Assembly (NCBI GenBank): GCA_963768425.1 | Contig: CAVYHV010000010.1 | Coordinates: 115,193 to 179,192, forward strand | DNA length: 64,000 nt | Reading direction: 5' to 3' | Source of the DNA: Candidatus Bathyarchaeota archaeon | GTDB lineage: Archaea; Thermoproteota; Bathyarchaeia; Bathyarchaeales; Bathycorpusculaceae | Shown: in pieces, positions 51,854-62,363 of the stretch | Layout: every line of letters starts with the position of its first letter | How positions within the stretch are numbered: position 1 is the stretch's first letter | Translations under genes and position numbers: made by a program | Notes under the pieces: generated by a model | The model's database searches: none | The model's input: only the letters and a program-made list of their open reading frames with translations | Told to the model about the DNA's origin: nothing

Positions 51854-52221
51854 ACAGCAAACCTCTCCCCTCATGAATTGCAAACAAGTTAAAAAAACAT
51901 GTGGAGTGAACTCAAGAAAAAATGAAAGAGGCAAGTCGTAGCGTCTGCTTTTGACTCTGACGGATGTAAAATGAAAATAATGGTTCGGAATCTCGTCCAG
52001 ACGCTTTTGTGTATAATCAGGCAAGTGAAATTTACATAATTTTCATTTACAGTTTAATTTTGTCATTGAATAGATAGATTGTTTTTCAGTTAGAGTTTGC
52101 CATGCTGTTTTGTCAAAAAAAATGTTGCCTCAAAAGCTTCTGCGTAGGTTTTTTCACTCATGCTTGTCAGTAATTTTCTTAAGTTGATTCTGCATTAACT
52201 TTTGGTTTGCGTGGTAGCGTC

Positions 52222-52485
52222 ATGCGTAGGCGCGAAGCAATTAAAGTTCTCAGGGAGATTTGCGAGTGCGTACCAGACGCTTTTGTAAGCAGCGTTTCGC
52301 TGTCGCCGAAGACGTTTTCCCGAAGAGATTTTGAGCTTAGGATAAACGCAGCTCTGACCGGAAGTAACCTTATGGATGTGGAGACCCTCGTGAGGAAAAA
52401 CGGTTTGATGTTGAATGAAAACAATGGATCACTGTTGATTTATGGGTCTAAAGCAAAAAACCGTTACATGCAAATCGTTGCATAG
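52222..52485 (+). CDS. Hypothetical protein
   Basis: MRRREAIKVLREI... ORF. Confidence 0.6.
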   Translation: MRRREAIKVLREICECVPDAFVSSVSLSPKTFSRRDFELRINAALTGSNLMDVETLVRKNGLMLNENNGSLLIYGSKAKNRYMQIVA

Positions 52486-52591
52486 AAATGTTTAGTAAAC
52501 GCTGGTTTCAAAAAACGGCTGGTTGGGTACGCCCAAAGCGCAGCGGAATTGTTGGATAAATTTTGGGTTGCTAAAAAGTGGAAAAAGCGGT

Positions 52592-53383
52592 TTATATTTG
52601 GTCGGTTTCTATTTTTTTCGCCATTTCCGCAAGAATCTTCGTGAAGGGGTGGTCAGGTTTATCCTCTGCGAAGATAAAGTTTCCTTCAGCCCGCAGAACC
52701 TCACAGAAGCAGGGTACTAGTCCCAGAAGCGGCACTTGGTATGCGTCTTTGATTTTGGCGCTCATCTCCGCTTTCTTTGCTGTGGCTGTGGCAGATCCAT
52801 CCAACACCTTGTTCAGAACCAAACCCGTCTTCTTCTCAAACAGGTTGTAGAGTTCAACAAGCATGCGTTTGGTTCCATCTACGTCAGAACGGTCACCTGT
52901 TGTTGCTACAATCACGTAATCAGCGGCGACAATCGCGTTTATCGAAGAGTACTGCAAACCCGGAGAGGTGTCGAAGAACAAGTAATCGAATTTTTTGTTG
53001 GCAAGCAACGTTTCCTTCAACGCAAGCAGCCGGCCTAGGGCACGCATTTCCCATTTTCTGTCTTTTGACGACATATCGCGGATGGCTTCAGTCGCGGGGT
53101 TAGCCAGGGAAGCGTAAAATTTGCCTTTCCCAGAAAGTCGCTTGCTTAAGTCGAAAAGCACAGTGTCGATGTCTGCCGTGTTATTTAAGTAGTCGTTAAA
53201 CCAGTGCTCAACGCCTTGAGCGTTCAAAATCGCAAACAAGCTCGGCGCACGAAAATCCAAGTCGAAAACGCAGACCTTCTTACCTAACTTTGCAAAAGTT
53301 GCTGCCAAATTCACGGAGAGCAGCGTTTTACCTGTTCCGCCTTTATACGAATGAACTGCGATAATCTTACTCATCTGATTCAA
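52592..53383 (-). CDS. MinD/ParA-family ATPase
   Basis: Deviant Walker A KGGTGKT, DLDF.AP, DTSPG, LNK. Confidence 0.92.
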   Translation of the reverse strand: MNQMSKIIAVHSYKGGTGKTLLSVNLAATFAKLGKKVCVFDLDFRAPSLFAILNAQGVEHWFNDYLNNTADIDTVLFDLSKRLSGKGKFYASLANPATEAIRDMSSKDRKWEMRALGRLLALKETLLANKKFDYLFFDTSPGLQYSSINAIVAADYVIVATTGDRSDVDGTKRMLVELYNLFEKKTGLVLNKVLDGSATATAKKAEMSAKIKDAYQVPLLGLVPCFCEVLRAEGNFIFAEDKPDHPFTKILAEMAKKIETDQI

Positions 53384-53763
53384 CTCCTTGCCTCAGGATC
53401 GACGAAAAAGTACGCCTTCCTTCCTTTACGTTCCTTCTTAAGATAACCCATTATTACGAGCTGGTTAAGATAAGCACTTTCGACCGCGCGGGCACGAGTT
53501 GTCGTTACAGAAATCTCTTCTGCTGTCGCGCGTCCACATCTACATATCGTCATGGCGGTCTTACGAAGATGATCCGGCATAGATAGAAGTGTCATAACGT
53601 CCAGAGATGCGTCAGGCAACATTGTGGTTCGGCTTTGATTGACATCACTGTTTTTTTGAATCTCGATGATGACTTCCATCTTTTCATTTAGCTTCTCGAG
53701 GCTTTCTTCGATTTTCTCAAGAATTGCTATCGGCCCCTTGGTTGTTAATTGTTGATCTTTCAT
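53380..53763 (-). CDS. Coiled-coil plus HTH transcriptional regulator
   Basis: ATAEEIS..T.RARAVESAYLNQL..MGY...RKGRKAYF; overlaps the MinD start. Confidence 0.8.
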   Translation of the reverse strand: MKDQQLTTKGPIAILEKIEESLEKLNEKMEVIIEIQKNSDVNQSRTTMLPDASLDVMTLLSMPDHLRKTAMTICRCGRATAEEISVTTTRARAVESAYLNQLVIMGYLKKERKGRKAYFFVDPEARS

Positions 53764-53962
53764 GACACAACCTCTATGGTTTGTTTTGCACATCTACAGT
53801 TCGCTTATGTGTTTATTAAGTATTACGAAACAGTAGTATATATTTTAAACAGGTAAATCACAAAACAAAACGACAAACTTGGCCAAAACAACCTTCAAAA
53901 ACATTAAACAATATAATGGAAACTAAAATTTTTGGTTAACCCAAAATAAACTAAGTGGGAGT

Positions 53963-54256
53963 TTAGTAGGGGATTGGAGCCTGATTTCGTGCTTCCTCTA
54001 CTATAGGCAGGACTTGCTTGAGTTCCTTGAAGTATTTCAGTACTGTTATGCCCCGTTGTGTAACCGCGTAAACAAGTCGACGTTTACCCACGGTGCGTTC
54101 TTCCACGAGACCTTGCTTCAAGAGGAAGTCAAGGTATTCCTTGAGGACGCTACAGTTTACATTTGCTTTATACATTACGTGAGTCAGTTTTAGCGGTCCT
54201 CTGTGAGCCAGAACTGAAAGAATATCCACATACATTTCCAGTTTAGATCGACGCAC
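53963..54256 (-). CDS. Winged-helix regulator (HTH_45/DUF4364-like)
   Basis: RRSKLEMYVDIL, KLTHVMYKANVN, YL.FL...GLV, T.RG. Confidence 0.88.
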   Translation of the reverse strand: MRRSKLEMYVDILSVLAHRGPLKLTHVMYKANVNCSVLKEYLDFLLKQGLVEERTVGKRRLVYAVTQRGITVLKYFKELKQVLPIVEEARNQAPIPY

Positions 54257-54342
54257 TTTAATTTCCTCTTTTGTAGTTAGTCAACGCTTTTTATATAAAT
54301 CATTTATGTATTATTAATCCACATTGGAGTCCATTATTCGGG

Positions 54343-54522
54343 CTAATTCAGGGGTTCAGTGCCCAAGCGGTTTAACACATTTAGTCTATTTTCGAATGCA
54401 GTAACCATGTCATCTAGCAATATTTCACGCAATTCTGTCGGCAATTCACCTATTTTTTCTTGAAAGGCGCTTGCCATTTTTGCTTCTAGTTCTTTTCTGT
54501 CTTTCTCTCCAAGATTTTTCAT
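54343..54522 (-). CDS. Small helical protein (59 aa)
   Basis: MKNLGEKDRKELEAKMASAFQEKIGELPTELREILLDDMVTAFENRLNVLN...; GGAGG upstream; paralog at 43309. Confidence 0.75.
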   Translation of the reverse strand: MKNLGEKDRKELEAKMASAFQEKIGELPTELREILLDDMVTAFENRLNVLNRLGTEPLN

Positions 54523-55011
54523 ACATTTTCCTCCAGATTTACATGCACAGATTGATCAACGGTATTTAACTAACTTATGAAAGCGCAGTACGTATTCAAA
54601 GTAATGACAAAAAAACTGAAGGAAAGATTAGGTTTGAGATATTGTTTTTTGGTTTAGGGTTTGTTCAGCTTTTCGTTTAACTTTTGGTTTAAATTATTAA
54701 GTGTGTAATTTTCTGGGGGTTCTTCGTATTTTGAATTTTGCAGGAAAGACTTCTTGATAACCCAACTTGTTGGTTCTACTTCCGCAACACCGACCATAAG
54801 GACATCGACCGTAAGGTAAGTTTTCCTGTCTTAAGTCCAAATTTACTTCAGGAATTGCAATGAAATTAGAAGAGTTTTGCAACCTTGACATTGAAAAATA
54901 AAGGTCACAATGCCATAAGGGGGAGGGGGTTTGCCCAAACCATTCAGCGCGTCAATAATCCCAAAACTTATAACCGCTAACCAAACATACACGTAGTCGA
55001 GAGATGAAATT

Positions 55012-55509
55012 TTGCTCAACCGTCAACCTCAAAATTTGAAAAAAGCATTAAGCTTAACAACGCTTTCGGTATTAGTCGTGAGCGCATTAGTTTTGGGATT
55101 GATAATCATTCCAAACGTGAATGCAGCTCTTAGCGTAACGTTAAACCCCACAAGTGGACCACCAGGCACAGTAGTGCAAATTACATGTTCAGGATACACT
55201 CCAAACGGCCAAGTACAAGCAACCATAAACGGGACAGTTCTCGGCACAAAAACAGCAGACTCCCACGGAGACTTAAACTTCAATGTCACAGTTCCCAATT
55301 TCCCCGATGGAACCTACAAGTTCATAAGCACAGACCTAACCACACAAACCCAAACACAAGTACAATTCACCATAACCTCCACCACCACTACTGCATCACC
55401 AACGCCCACAGTTCCAGAATTCCCACTGCTAGCTATCGCAATTGCAGCAATGCTGTTAACCGCTGGAGCTCTTCTTACTGCAAAAAAGCGAGGAACAAGC
55501 AAAAATTGA
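55012..55509 (+). CDS. Secreted Ig-like (IPT/TIG-type) protein with PEF-CTERM-like sorting signal
   Basis: Signal peptide, LNPTSGPPGT.V, Thr-rich linker, VPEFP + TM + KKR. Confidence 0.85.
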   Translation: MLNRQPQNLKKALSLTTLSVLVVSALVLGLIIIPNVNAALSVTLNPTSGPPGTVVQITCSGYTPNGQVQATINGTVLGTKTADSHGDLNFNVTVPNFPDGTYKFISTDLTTQTQTQVQFTITSTTTTASPTPTVPEFPLLAIAIAAMLLTAGALLTAKKRGTSKN

Positions 55510-55879
55510 CAGCAAGCCAAACAAAAATCAAGACCCCTTTTCTTTGCTCTCTTCAGCTACTTTAGTGCTAGAAATGCCTTTTTCCGCCTTGACTCATATG
55601 TGCAACTTGCAGGACTTGTTTATCGTATAATTTCCAAGCCGAAAACATTCTTGCTAAACTTTTCAAAAGAGTTCAAGTCGGCTTTAAGCCCAATATTTCA
55701 CAAACAAACTATGCATTAGCCTGAAGGAACCCGTGCTATCTAGCAAATCTAATATTTTTTGACCATGACTTAAACTGTTAATAGTTATCTTTCCATGCTA
55801 AACATCAATAACTGGGTTTAGTTCAAGAATTCCTATGTGAGACCAAACTAAAATTCAATAAACTATAGTCCGCTATTTC

Positions 55880-56575
55880 TTATTGTTTAGTAGCATTACT
55901 CCGATTTCTATTTCTTACCCATATCAAATATCCAGTTCCGACAGCTACTATTAACGCGCCGATTACCAAAAGATAAGAAATAGCTGTGTTCCAAGCTACG
56001 TGTAAACTGAAATAATAATTGGGTGGGTAATAATTGAGGCTTGTTGCTAAATTCGCAGCTAAGACGCTTATTCCAACAAAAAATACGGCAAACCCACCGG
56101 TTATTATGACATAACCAAGTTTGTTTCTGACTTTCAACCCAAGGATAATTCCGATTACTATAAGAAAACACGCTGCCATCACGCCGGAAAAGAAGTCAAT
56201 CGACCAATGCTGTTGGAAATCGCCCCAACCTACCATAACAATCGACCCGTCGAAGCCTCGTATGCTCTTTATTGTGGCAGACAATTCATACATATCAATG
56301 GCGATTAAGCTGCATCCAGCAATAATGGAGGCATAGCTCCATTTGCTTCTGATATTTCTTAAGTATACTATTCCGATGACTATAAAAAACGCGCCACCTA
56401 CGAAGCAGAAAGAAAGAAGCGGAAACCAAAAATTGTAAAAAGTGACATAATTGGTATAGTTATAGTTGTTTATTGCTTGAAGAAATATGAACACAGAAAT
56501 TAGGATTAGAAAAAGCCCTGCCGCAACTGGTGCCAAACCCCATTTATTTGTAGCCTGCTTATCCAAGGTTTTCAC
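55880..56575 (-). CDS. Multi-pass membrane protein with internal repeats
   Basis: About six TMs; GTG start overlaps the upstream stop. Confidence 0.7.
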   Translation of the reverse strand: MKTLDKQATNKWGLAPVAAGLFLILISVFIFLQAINNYNYTNYVTFYNFWFPLLSFCFVGGAFFIVIGIVYLRNIRSKWSYASIIAGCSLIAIDMYELSATIKSIRGFDGSIVMVGWGDFQQHWSIDFFSGVMAACFLIVIGIILGLKVRNKLGYVIITGGFAVFFVGISVLAANLATSLNYYPPNYYFSLHVAWNTAISYLLVIGALIVAVGTGYLIWVRNRNRSNATKQ

Positions 56576-57370
56576 TTTAAGGGTCCCTTTCTTGCAAATA
56601 CAATTGATAAGAGCATTATCACTGCAAAAAGTGGCAGAATTATCCAAGTTGAAAACTCTGAAATGGGGTGAGTAGGAGTTGGTGGTGGTGATATTGTTTG
56701 ATTTGTTGACGTGGATGAGACAGTAGAATTTGAACCATAATTAATGGTAACGGTTTTTGTGTTGCTCCAATCGCTTGATTGCCCTGTAAAATTATAGTAA
56801 CCCTCTCCTGCTATAGGTCCTGAAGTTATTGGATTAATGTGCCCTGTTACTGCCTGAACTTGAAAATCTACCTGACTACCAGCAGGAGCACTCTCTAAGT
56901 AAAAGTAGTCAAAATTGATTGAAATGATGGTGATAATCAGACTTTGAAGCTGAATAGCTCGGTCCCTCTCTCCATGTACTTTGCCACGTTCCTTGTCCAG
57001 TTTCACCGAAAGGGAAAGGTGTCCATTCACTTCCAAAGTGTCCTTTGTATTCAAAATTGTAGTATAACGCGATGTAGTTGCCACTCGAATCAATATAAGG
57101 TGTAAAGGGTTGATTTTTAATTGTAAACTCTATTGTCTCATTATTGACTTGACCACCAGAACTTATTGTTTCATTCTGTCCTGTGTAAGGGCTTATTGTG
57201 TAGGTAGGAGCAACGTAAGAAGCGTAGACTACATACTGCACTGTGAATGTTGGAGCAGAAGGTGTAGGTATCGACTGAGCACATACAGATTTAACCATCA
57301 ACAGACTTAGGCTTGAGATAGCAATTATTAGAATCAGAATTGATGCGAAACTCTTTCCAATTCTGCCCAT
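56572..57370 (-). pseudogene. Secreted surface protein with PEF-like tail, frameshifted near 56.9 kb
   Basis: N-part MGRIGKS..PTPSAPTFT..IKNQPF..YNF.YKGH; C-part QVDFQVQA.....SDWSNTKTVTI...ISEFS + TM. Confidence 0.75.
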
Positions 57371-57443
57371 GTTTAATGTTATGAAACTATAAGCGATAAA
57401 AGGTTATTCGTAAAGGTTTCTTGACTGACTTTAGTCAAGGTTT

Positions 57444-59117
57444 GAGACCGTGTGAAAAGTCTTCTCTTAATCGCCTAGAATCCCGTTAACCTTAAATCTA
57501 GACACATAGCAATGGCTGACAAAGAGCGTTGGTCAGACGATGGACAACGAAAATGACAGCTATGTAGAAGGGTTATCCAGAAGCCAAACGTTCCTGCTGC
57601 CTAAAACCATAGAAGAATACGTACAAACGGACAACCCGGTCAGATTCATAGATGCCTACGTAAATACGCTTAACATGGAAAAGTTAGGCTTCACCCACTC
57701 AACACCGCAAGACCTTGGAAGACCATCATACAACCCAAAAGACCTCTGCAAACTCTACCTCTACGGAGGCCTAAACCACATCCGATCAAGCAGAAAGCTT
57801 GAGCGAGAATCCAAAACTAATCTTGAATGCATTTGGCTTCTCAAAGGCTTAGCACCCGATTTCAAAACTATAGCAGATTTCAGAAAAGACAATCCGCTGG
57901 CTATAGGTGCCTTATTCAAAGAATTTGTAGCTTTCCTAAAAGACCTCAGCCTCTATGAAGCAAAACAAGTAACCGTAGACGGCACCAAACTGCATGCCGT
58001 CAACTCCAACGATAAAGCCTTTACACTCAAAGAGCACTTGCAAAGAGAATAAAGGTCATGGAAAAATCAGTAAAACATTATCTGGAAGAGTTGGATGCCC
58101 AAGATGAGCAGGAAGCATCTGACGAGCACCAAGCAGGTAGCGAAGCAGGTCAAGATGCTAAGGCTTTTGAAGGAGGACAAACTTAGCGGCTTTGCTTGAG
58201 AAAAAAGCAGAAATCTGAAGCAATCCTTGACAAAATGCAAAAGAGTCGTCAAAACGAGGTTGCTTTGACCGATCCGGATTGTCGACAGATGATGAGTCAT
58301 GGCAGAGTAGAATCCTGCTATAACATGCAGGCAGCTGTAGATTCAAAAAACCACCTCATCGTTAACTACTTGGTGACTAACGAAGCCTCAGACCTAAATC
58401 AGTTAAGCGCGTCGCTATAAGCGCTAAAGAAACACTGGGTGTTGAGCAGATTGATTGTGTTTCAGACAAGGGCTATTTTGATTTTATACAGATTAAGCAA
58501 TGTGTCGATAATGGAGTTATCCCTTATGTTGCAGTAAAACACTCTGGAAGCGGTGGCAGCCTTGTGTCACCAGAGTTTAGGGCTGACAAATTCCGATATG
58601 ATAAGGGTGCTGATCTGTATGTTTGTCCAGCTGGGCAGCGTCTTTACTTTTACTGCTGTACGCCTCAGGACGGGATGAATAAACGAATTTACAAGTGCCA
58701 AAAGGATGTCTGCTCTTCATGCCAGTTTTTTATGACTAAGTGTACAGGCAATAAGAATGGACGGTTGATTTGGCGGTGGGTGCATGAGGATGTTGTCGAT
58801 GATATGAAAATGCGGATGAGGTCTCATCCTGAAGTTATGGGTGAGCGCAAAAATGTCGTGGAGCACACGTTTGGTACAATTAAGAGAGCTTTTGGTGCGC
58901 CTTATCTTTTGCTTAAAGGTCTTAGAAAAGTCAGTGGAGAGGTTGGGTTGCTTTTGTTTTCTTATAATTTGCGAAGAGCTCTAAACATTCTTGGAGTCGA
59001 GACTCTTATTCAGGCGCTAGGCAAAAGATAAGACGTAATAAAACGATGGAATCGACAAAAGAGTATTGGATGATTATCCAAGCTTTCAATCGATAATTTG
59101 ATTTTTTACACGGTCTC
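57444..59117 (+). mobile_element. IS1182-family insertion sequence
   Basis: TIRs GAGACCGTGTGAAAA (57444-57458) and TTTTACACGGTCTC (59104-59117); GTTT duplicated on both flanks. Confidence 0.92.
57540..59031 (+). pseudogene. IS1182 transposase, frameshifted at about three sites
   Basis: GRPSYNP, SSRKLE, PDFKTIADFRK, DGTK, TDPD, YN.Q, DKGY, VEH.FG.IK, YNLRR across fragments. Confidence 0.9.
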
Positions 59118-59308
59118 GTTTCTTGACCAACAGATGCTGGGTACACAACTTAGCTGGAAAAGGTCAAGGTTCAGAATAACGTTTCCAGAAAACTGGACTA
59201 AGCATTCAAAAATTTTTTCGTTAAGTCCACAAAAAGAGGAATTCAAAAGTAAAATGATTACAAAAGAAAGATTAGCAAAAGCTTCAGTGCTGAACGTCCA
59301 TAGACGCT

Positions 59309-60919
59309 TTAGATGGTTTGATTCCAATAGTAAATATGCAGGTATCTTTCTGCTGTTGGGTATGCTGGGTCATCGTAGACGATGTCCAGTTTGGAGCCGT
59401 ACTTGCCTAAAGCTGTCTGTAGGTTGCTCCAAACCTGCTGCGAGGTGCTATTACCCGACCATAAACCCCAGATGTTATCATTTTGGCTTCGAAGTCCACC
59501 ACCGAAGTCTGCGGGCAAAACAAACGCCTCCACCGCTGTAACGTTGTTAGTTTCTCTGGGGTTCTCTACCACATCCTTCCAGAACTTTTGAATTGCCGCA
59601 AACTGCTCCTTCTGCAAAAGCATCGTTGCGTTGTTGCCAGGAGAGTAGTTGAAGACAACGACGTATTTGGCGCCCGATTCGTAGGATTGCTTCATTGCAT
59701 TGTACATTTGGTTGCCGCTCATCAGGGTAGGTGGCGATAGATCCTGCCAATCAATCATTGAGCCCCAACTCTTGTTCTGCATGTCCGCGGCTCCCCGAAC
59801 CAGCGCAATGTTCTGGGTAGTGGGCTGGTTCCAGCCTAACTCGCCGAGCACCACATCGTAACCGCCTTTGTAATCAAACCAATCAAGGCCATAGTCCGCA
59901 GTGAAGAGTGGAACGTCTGATTGATTGCCGATTGTGCCTATGTTTTGATGCTCTGTGTTGAGAAATACGTTTGCGACCGTAGTGGAATTTTGCAGTGGCG
60001 TCGAATCCCAAACTTGTTGGTAGGATTCAAACTGGGAAATACTGCCGGGATCAATAGTAACTTCTTCTGACTCTACAATCGGCATGGAGCTTGGGTTAGA
60101 AGGGTTAGAAATACCCACATCTGCACGGTTTTCGATTGTACGTGTTCCATCTGGTTGATTGGTTGCGGCTTCTCCTGCCTCGTTTAGAACGGCGCCATTG
60201 GATAAATAGTATAGTGCTTGCTGATTGACCATTTCATTGGTCCCATTGCTGTACGTATAACTACTGGATGGAGTACTCTCGATTGTGCCGTTTGGAAAGT
60301 AAATCAGGCTTGTGCTTGAACTAACAATGACGTTGCTTACCCCATCAACTGTCGTGTTTTTCGCTGGAGAACTTGAGCTCGTGAGGATTTCTCCTGATGG
60401 ATAAAATTGGTAACTATCGGAAGGATTCGGAGGATACACCATTATCTCTCCACCATTCCCCTGCTTCACTATCGTATCATTGTTAACATAGAGGTCTGTT
60501 GTTGCGTCAAGCATCTTTCCGCCGGGCTCGTCGTCAAAGTATAAACCTAGAAAGTGGCTTCCCCAACGTGATTGAGCCATGTTCAAAATGGAGCCCACAA
60601 CGGCGCTGTCCCCGCCCCTGATTTCGCATATCATAACGTTTAGCCCCGCGTTGACGGCATAGTCGCCTATCTCTTGGGTGCCGGTGACGTCAAGCATAAA
60701 CGTTGCTGAATCCAAAACAAACAAGTTAGTGTAACTCTTCACTTTATCTATAAGCTGCTCTGCGTCGGTGATGGAGACGCCGCAGTAGGTAACGCCCACG
60801 TAAAATGGCTTCTTGGCAGCCACTGGTGATTGGTGTTGGGTTTCTATCGCGACAAAAGCCGAAATAACCAAAACAACAATTATGACAACGGTTATAATTG
60901 CAGCTAAAGCTTTTCTCAT
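59309..60919 (-). CDS. N-terminally anchored extracellular hypothetical protein (possible hydrolase-like barrel)
   Basis: N-terminal TM; FYVGVTY, YTNLFVL, YFDDEPGG, DWFDY.GGYD.VLGE.GW, RGAA motifs. Confidence 0.8.
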   Translation of the reverse strand: MRKALAAIITVVIIVVLVISAFVAIETQHQSPVAAKKPFYVGVTYCGVSITDAEQLIDKVKSYTNLFVLDSATFMLDVTGTQEIGDYAVNAGLNVMICEIRGGDSAVVGSILNMAQSRWGSHFLGLYFDDEPGGKMLDATTDLYVNNDTIVKQGNGGEIMVYPPNPSDSYQFYPSGEILTSSSSPAKNTTVDGVSNVIVSSSTSLIYFPNGTIESTPSSSYTYSNGTNEMVNQQALYYLSNGAVLNEAGEAATNQPDGTRTIENRADVGISNPSNPSSMPIVESEEVTIDPGSISQFESYQQVWDSTPLQNSTTVANVFLNTEHQNIGTIGNQSDVPLFTADYGLDWFDYKGGYDVVLGELGWNQPTTQNIALVRGAADMQNKSWGSMIDWQDLSPPTLMSGNQMYNAMKQSYESGAKYVVVFNYSPGNNATMLLQKEQFAAIQKFWKDVVENPRETNNVTAVEAFVLPADFGGGLRSQNDNIWGLWSGNSTSQQVWSNLQTALGKYGSKLDIVYDDPAYPTAERYLHIYYWNQTI

Positions 60920-61030
60920 CTTAAACCCTCCCTCAAGTTACACCCGTCCAAAGTCACTTCTTTATGCTTGACAAAACGACAGTTAAATGCTTTACCCCAA
61001 ATTCGCCCTGACGAGCCACTCTAAAAGAAA

Positions 61031-61250
61031 TTAGGCGGTTTGGTTCCAGTAGATAACATGTTGGTAGCGTTCTGCCGTTGAGTAGGCTATATAATCGTAG
61101 ACAATATCCAGTTTAGAACCATGTTTTGAGAGCGACGCCTGCTGGACATTCCAAACTTGCTGCGAGCTGTTGTCAGGCAACCAAATGTTCCATATCGTGT
61201 CGTTTCGGTTTCGCATACTCCAACCGCAATTTTTGAGGCAAAACTAAGAA
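61031..61250 (-). pseudogene. Remnant C-terminus of a paralog of 59309..60919
   Basis: NDTIW.IW....SQQVW....L.K.GSKLDIVYD.....ERY.H..YWNQT matches the C-terminus of the neighbouring gene. Confidence 0.85.
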
Positions 61251-61356
61251 GTTAATTGCTTGTCTACCAAACTGGACTAAGCATTATTTGACGTTCGGAG
61301 TTGGTCTACAAAAGAGGGATTAAATATACTGTTGGATATGAGAGGAATATGACCGC

Positions 61357-62319
61357 TTGAGGTTGAGGGAAGGTGGAAGACGAAAGCAGATTGAGCAGGA
61401 CAGGCAACGAGCAGAAGTCTTCGATGCACTAGGGCATCCTACCCGAATACTTATTCTAAAAGTTCTCAGTGAGGGTGTAGTCGGTTTTGCTGACTTAAAA
61501 AAGAAAACAGCCATTGAAAGCGGTGGACATCTGCAACACCACTTAACCAAACTTGATGGTTTGATAAAAACGGATGAGTATGGCAAGTACTGCCTTTCTG
61601 ATCAGGGAAGAGATGCCTTGTTAATGGTACAAACAGTAGAGAGCTCAACCACAAAAAAAGGTAATGAGGAGAAACCTCAGAAAACTCTTAGGCGTCGTTT
61701 TAACCCTCAGATTGGTTTAAAACCAGTTGCCTTCATGCTTGTAGCTCTCCTGATTGCAAGTTCAGCTATCGCAGTATATGAGTACCAACAAACGGTAAGT
61801 CTCAGCAAGGAAAATATTTTCTACAAAGAGGCAAATCCAGAAGCCGCAGCCTACCTTAATGAATATGGGGGAGTGATCCCTATAACAAACGTTAACTCTT
61901 CTTTTGCACCTCCAATTTCAATGTACCAAGCACTAACAATAGGATTTACAGCAGATGGTTGGAACAAAACATCACTCCAAGACGTGGTGGTCAGCGTCAA
62001 TTTTGTGTGGTGGAAAACCGTGACTAACATTACTCTGGTAAACAGCAATCCACCCATCAACACAGCTCCAAACCCAGGCTATCAAACAAACCCTTCCACG
62101 GCTTTGTACCCAACCATTGTCACAAGCCCTCCAACAGACTACTCAGATTTTTACAGCAACGGAGTAATTTACCAATATGTTTGGCAAATTGACATCCAGA
62201 GGTCGAGTTTAGCAGGTTTAGCCAACAGTGTTGTGCCAGGCCAAGTTCTGGTTGATGCTTCAACAGGGCAGATTGTTCCTAACTGTGTCTACGTGGTTCA
62301 TATTGATTTTAAAAAATGA
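61357..62319 (+). CDS. Membrane-anchored ArsR-type HTH regulator with extracellular domain
   Basis: VFDALGHPTRI.ILK, LQHHL.KL, Y.LSDQG; central TM; C-terminal PPISMYQAL...VDASTGQI. Confidence 0.85.
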   Translation: MRLREGGRRKQIEQDRQRAEVFDALGHPTRILILKVLSEGVVGFADLKKKTAIESGGHLQHHLTKLDGLIKTDEYGKYCLSDQGRDALLMVQTVESSTTKKGNEEKPQKTLRRRFNPQIGLKPVAFMLVALLIASSAIAVYEYQQTVSLSKENIFYKEANPEAAAYLNEYGGVIPITNVNSSFAPPISMYQALTIGFTADGWNKTSLQDVVVSVNFVWWKTVTNITLVNSNPPINTAPNPGYQTNPSTALYPTIVTSPPTDYSDFYSNGVIYQYVWQIDIQRSSLAGLANSVVPGQVLVDASTGQIVPNCVYVVHIDFKK

Positions 62320-62363
62320 ACGGCTAATATCCGCCTCAACCCTTGATATGGACAGATGATCGC

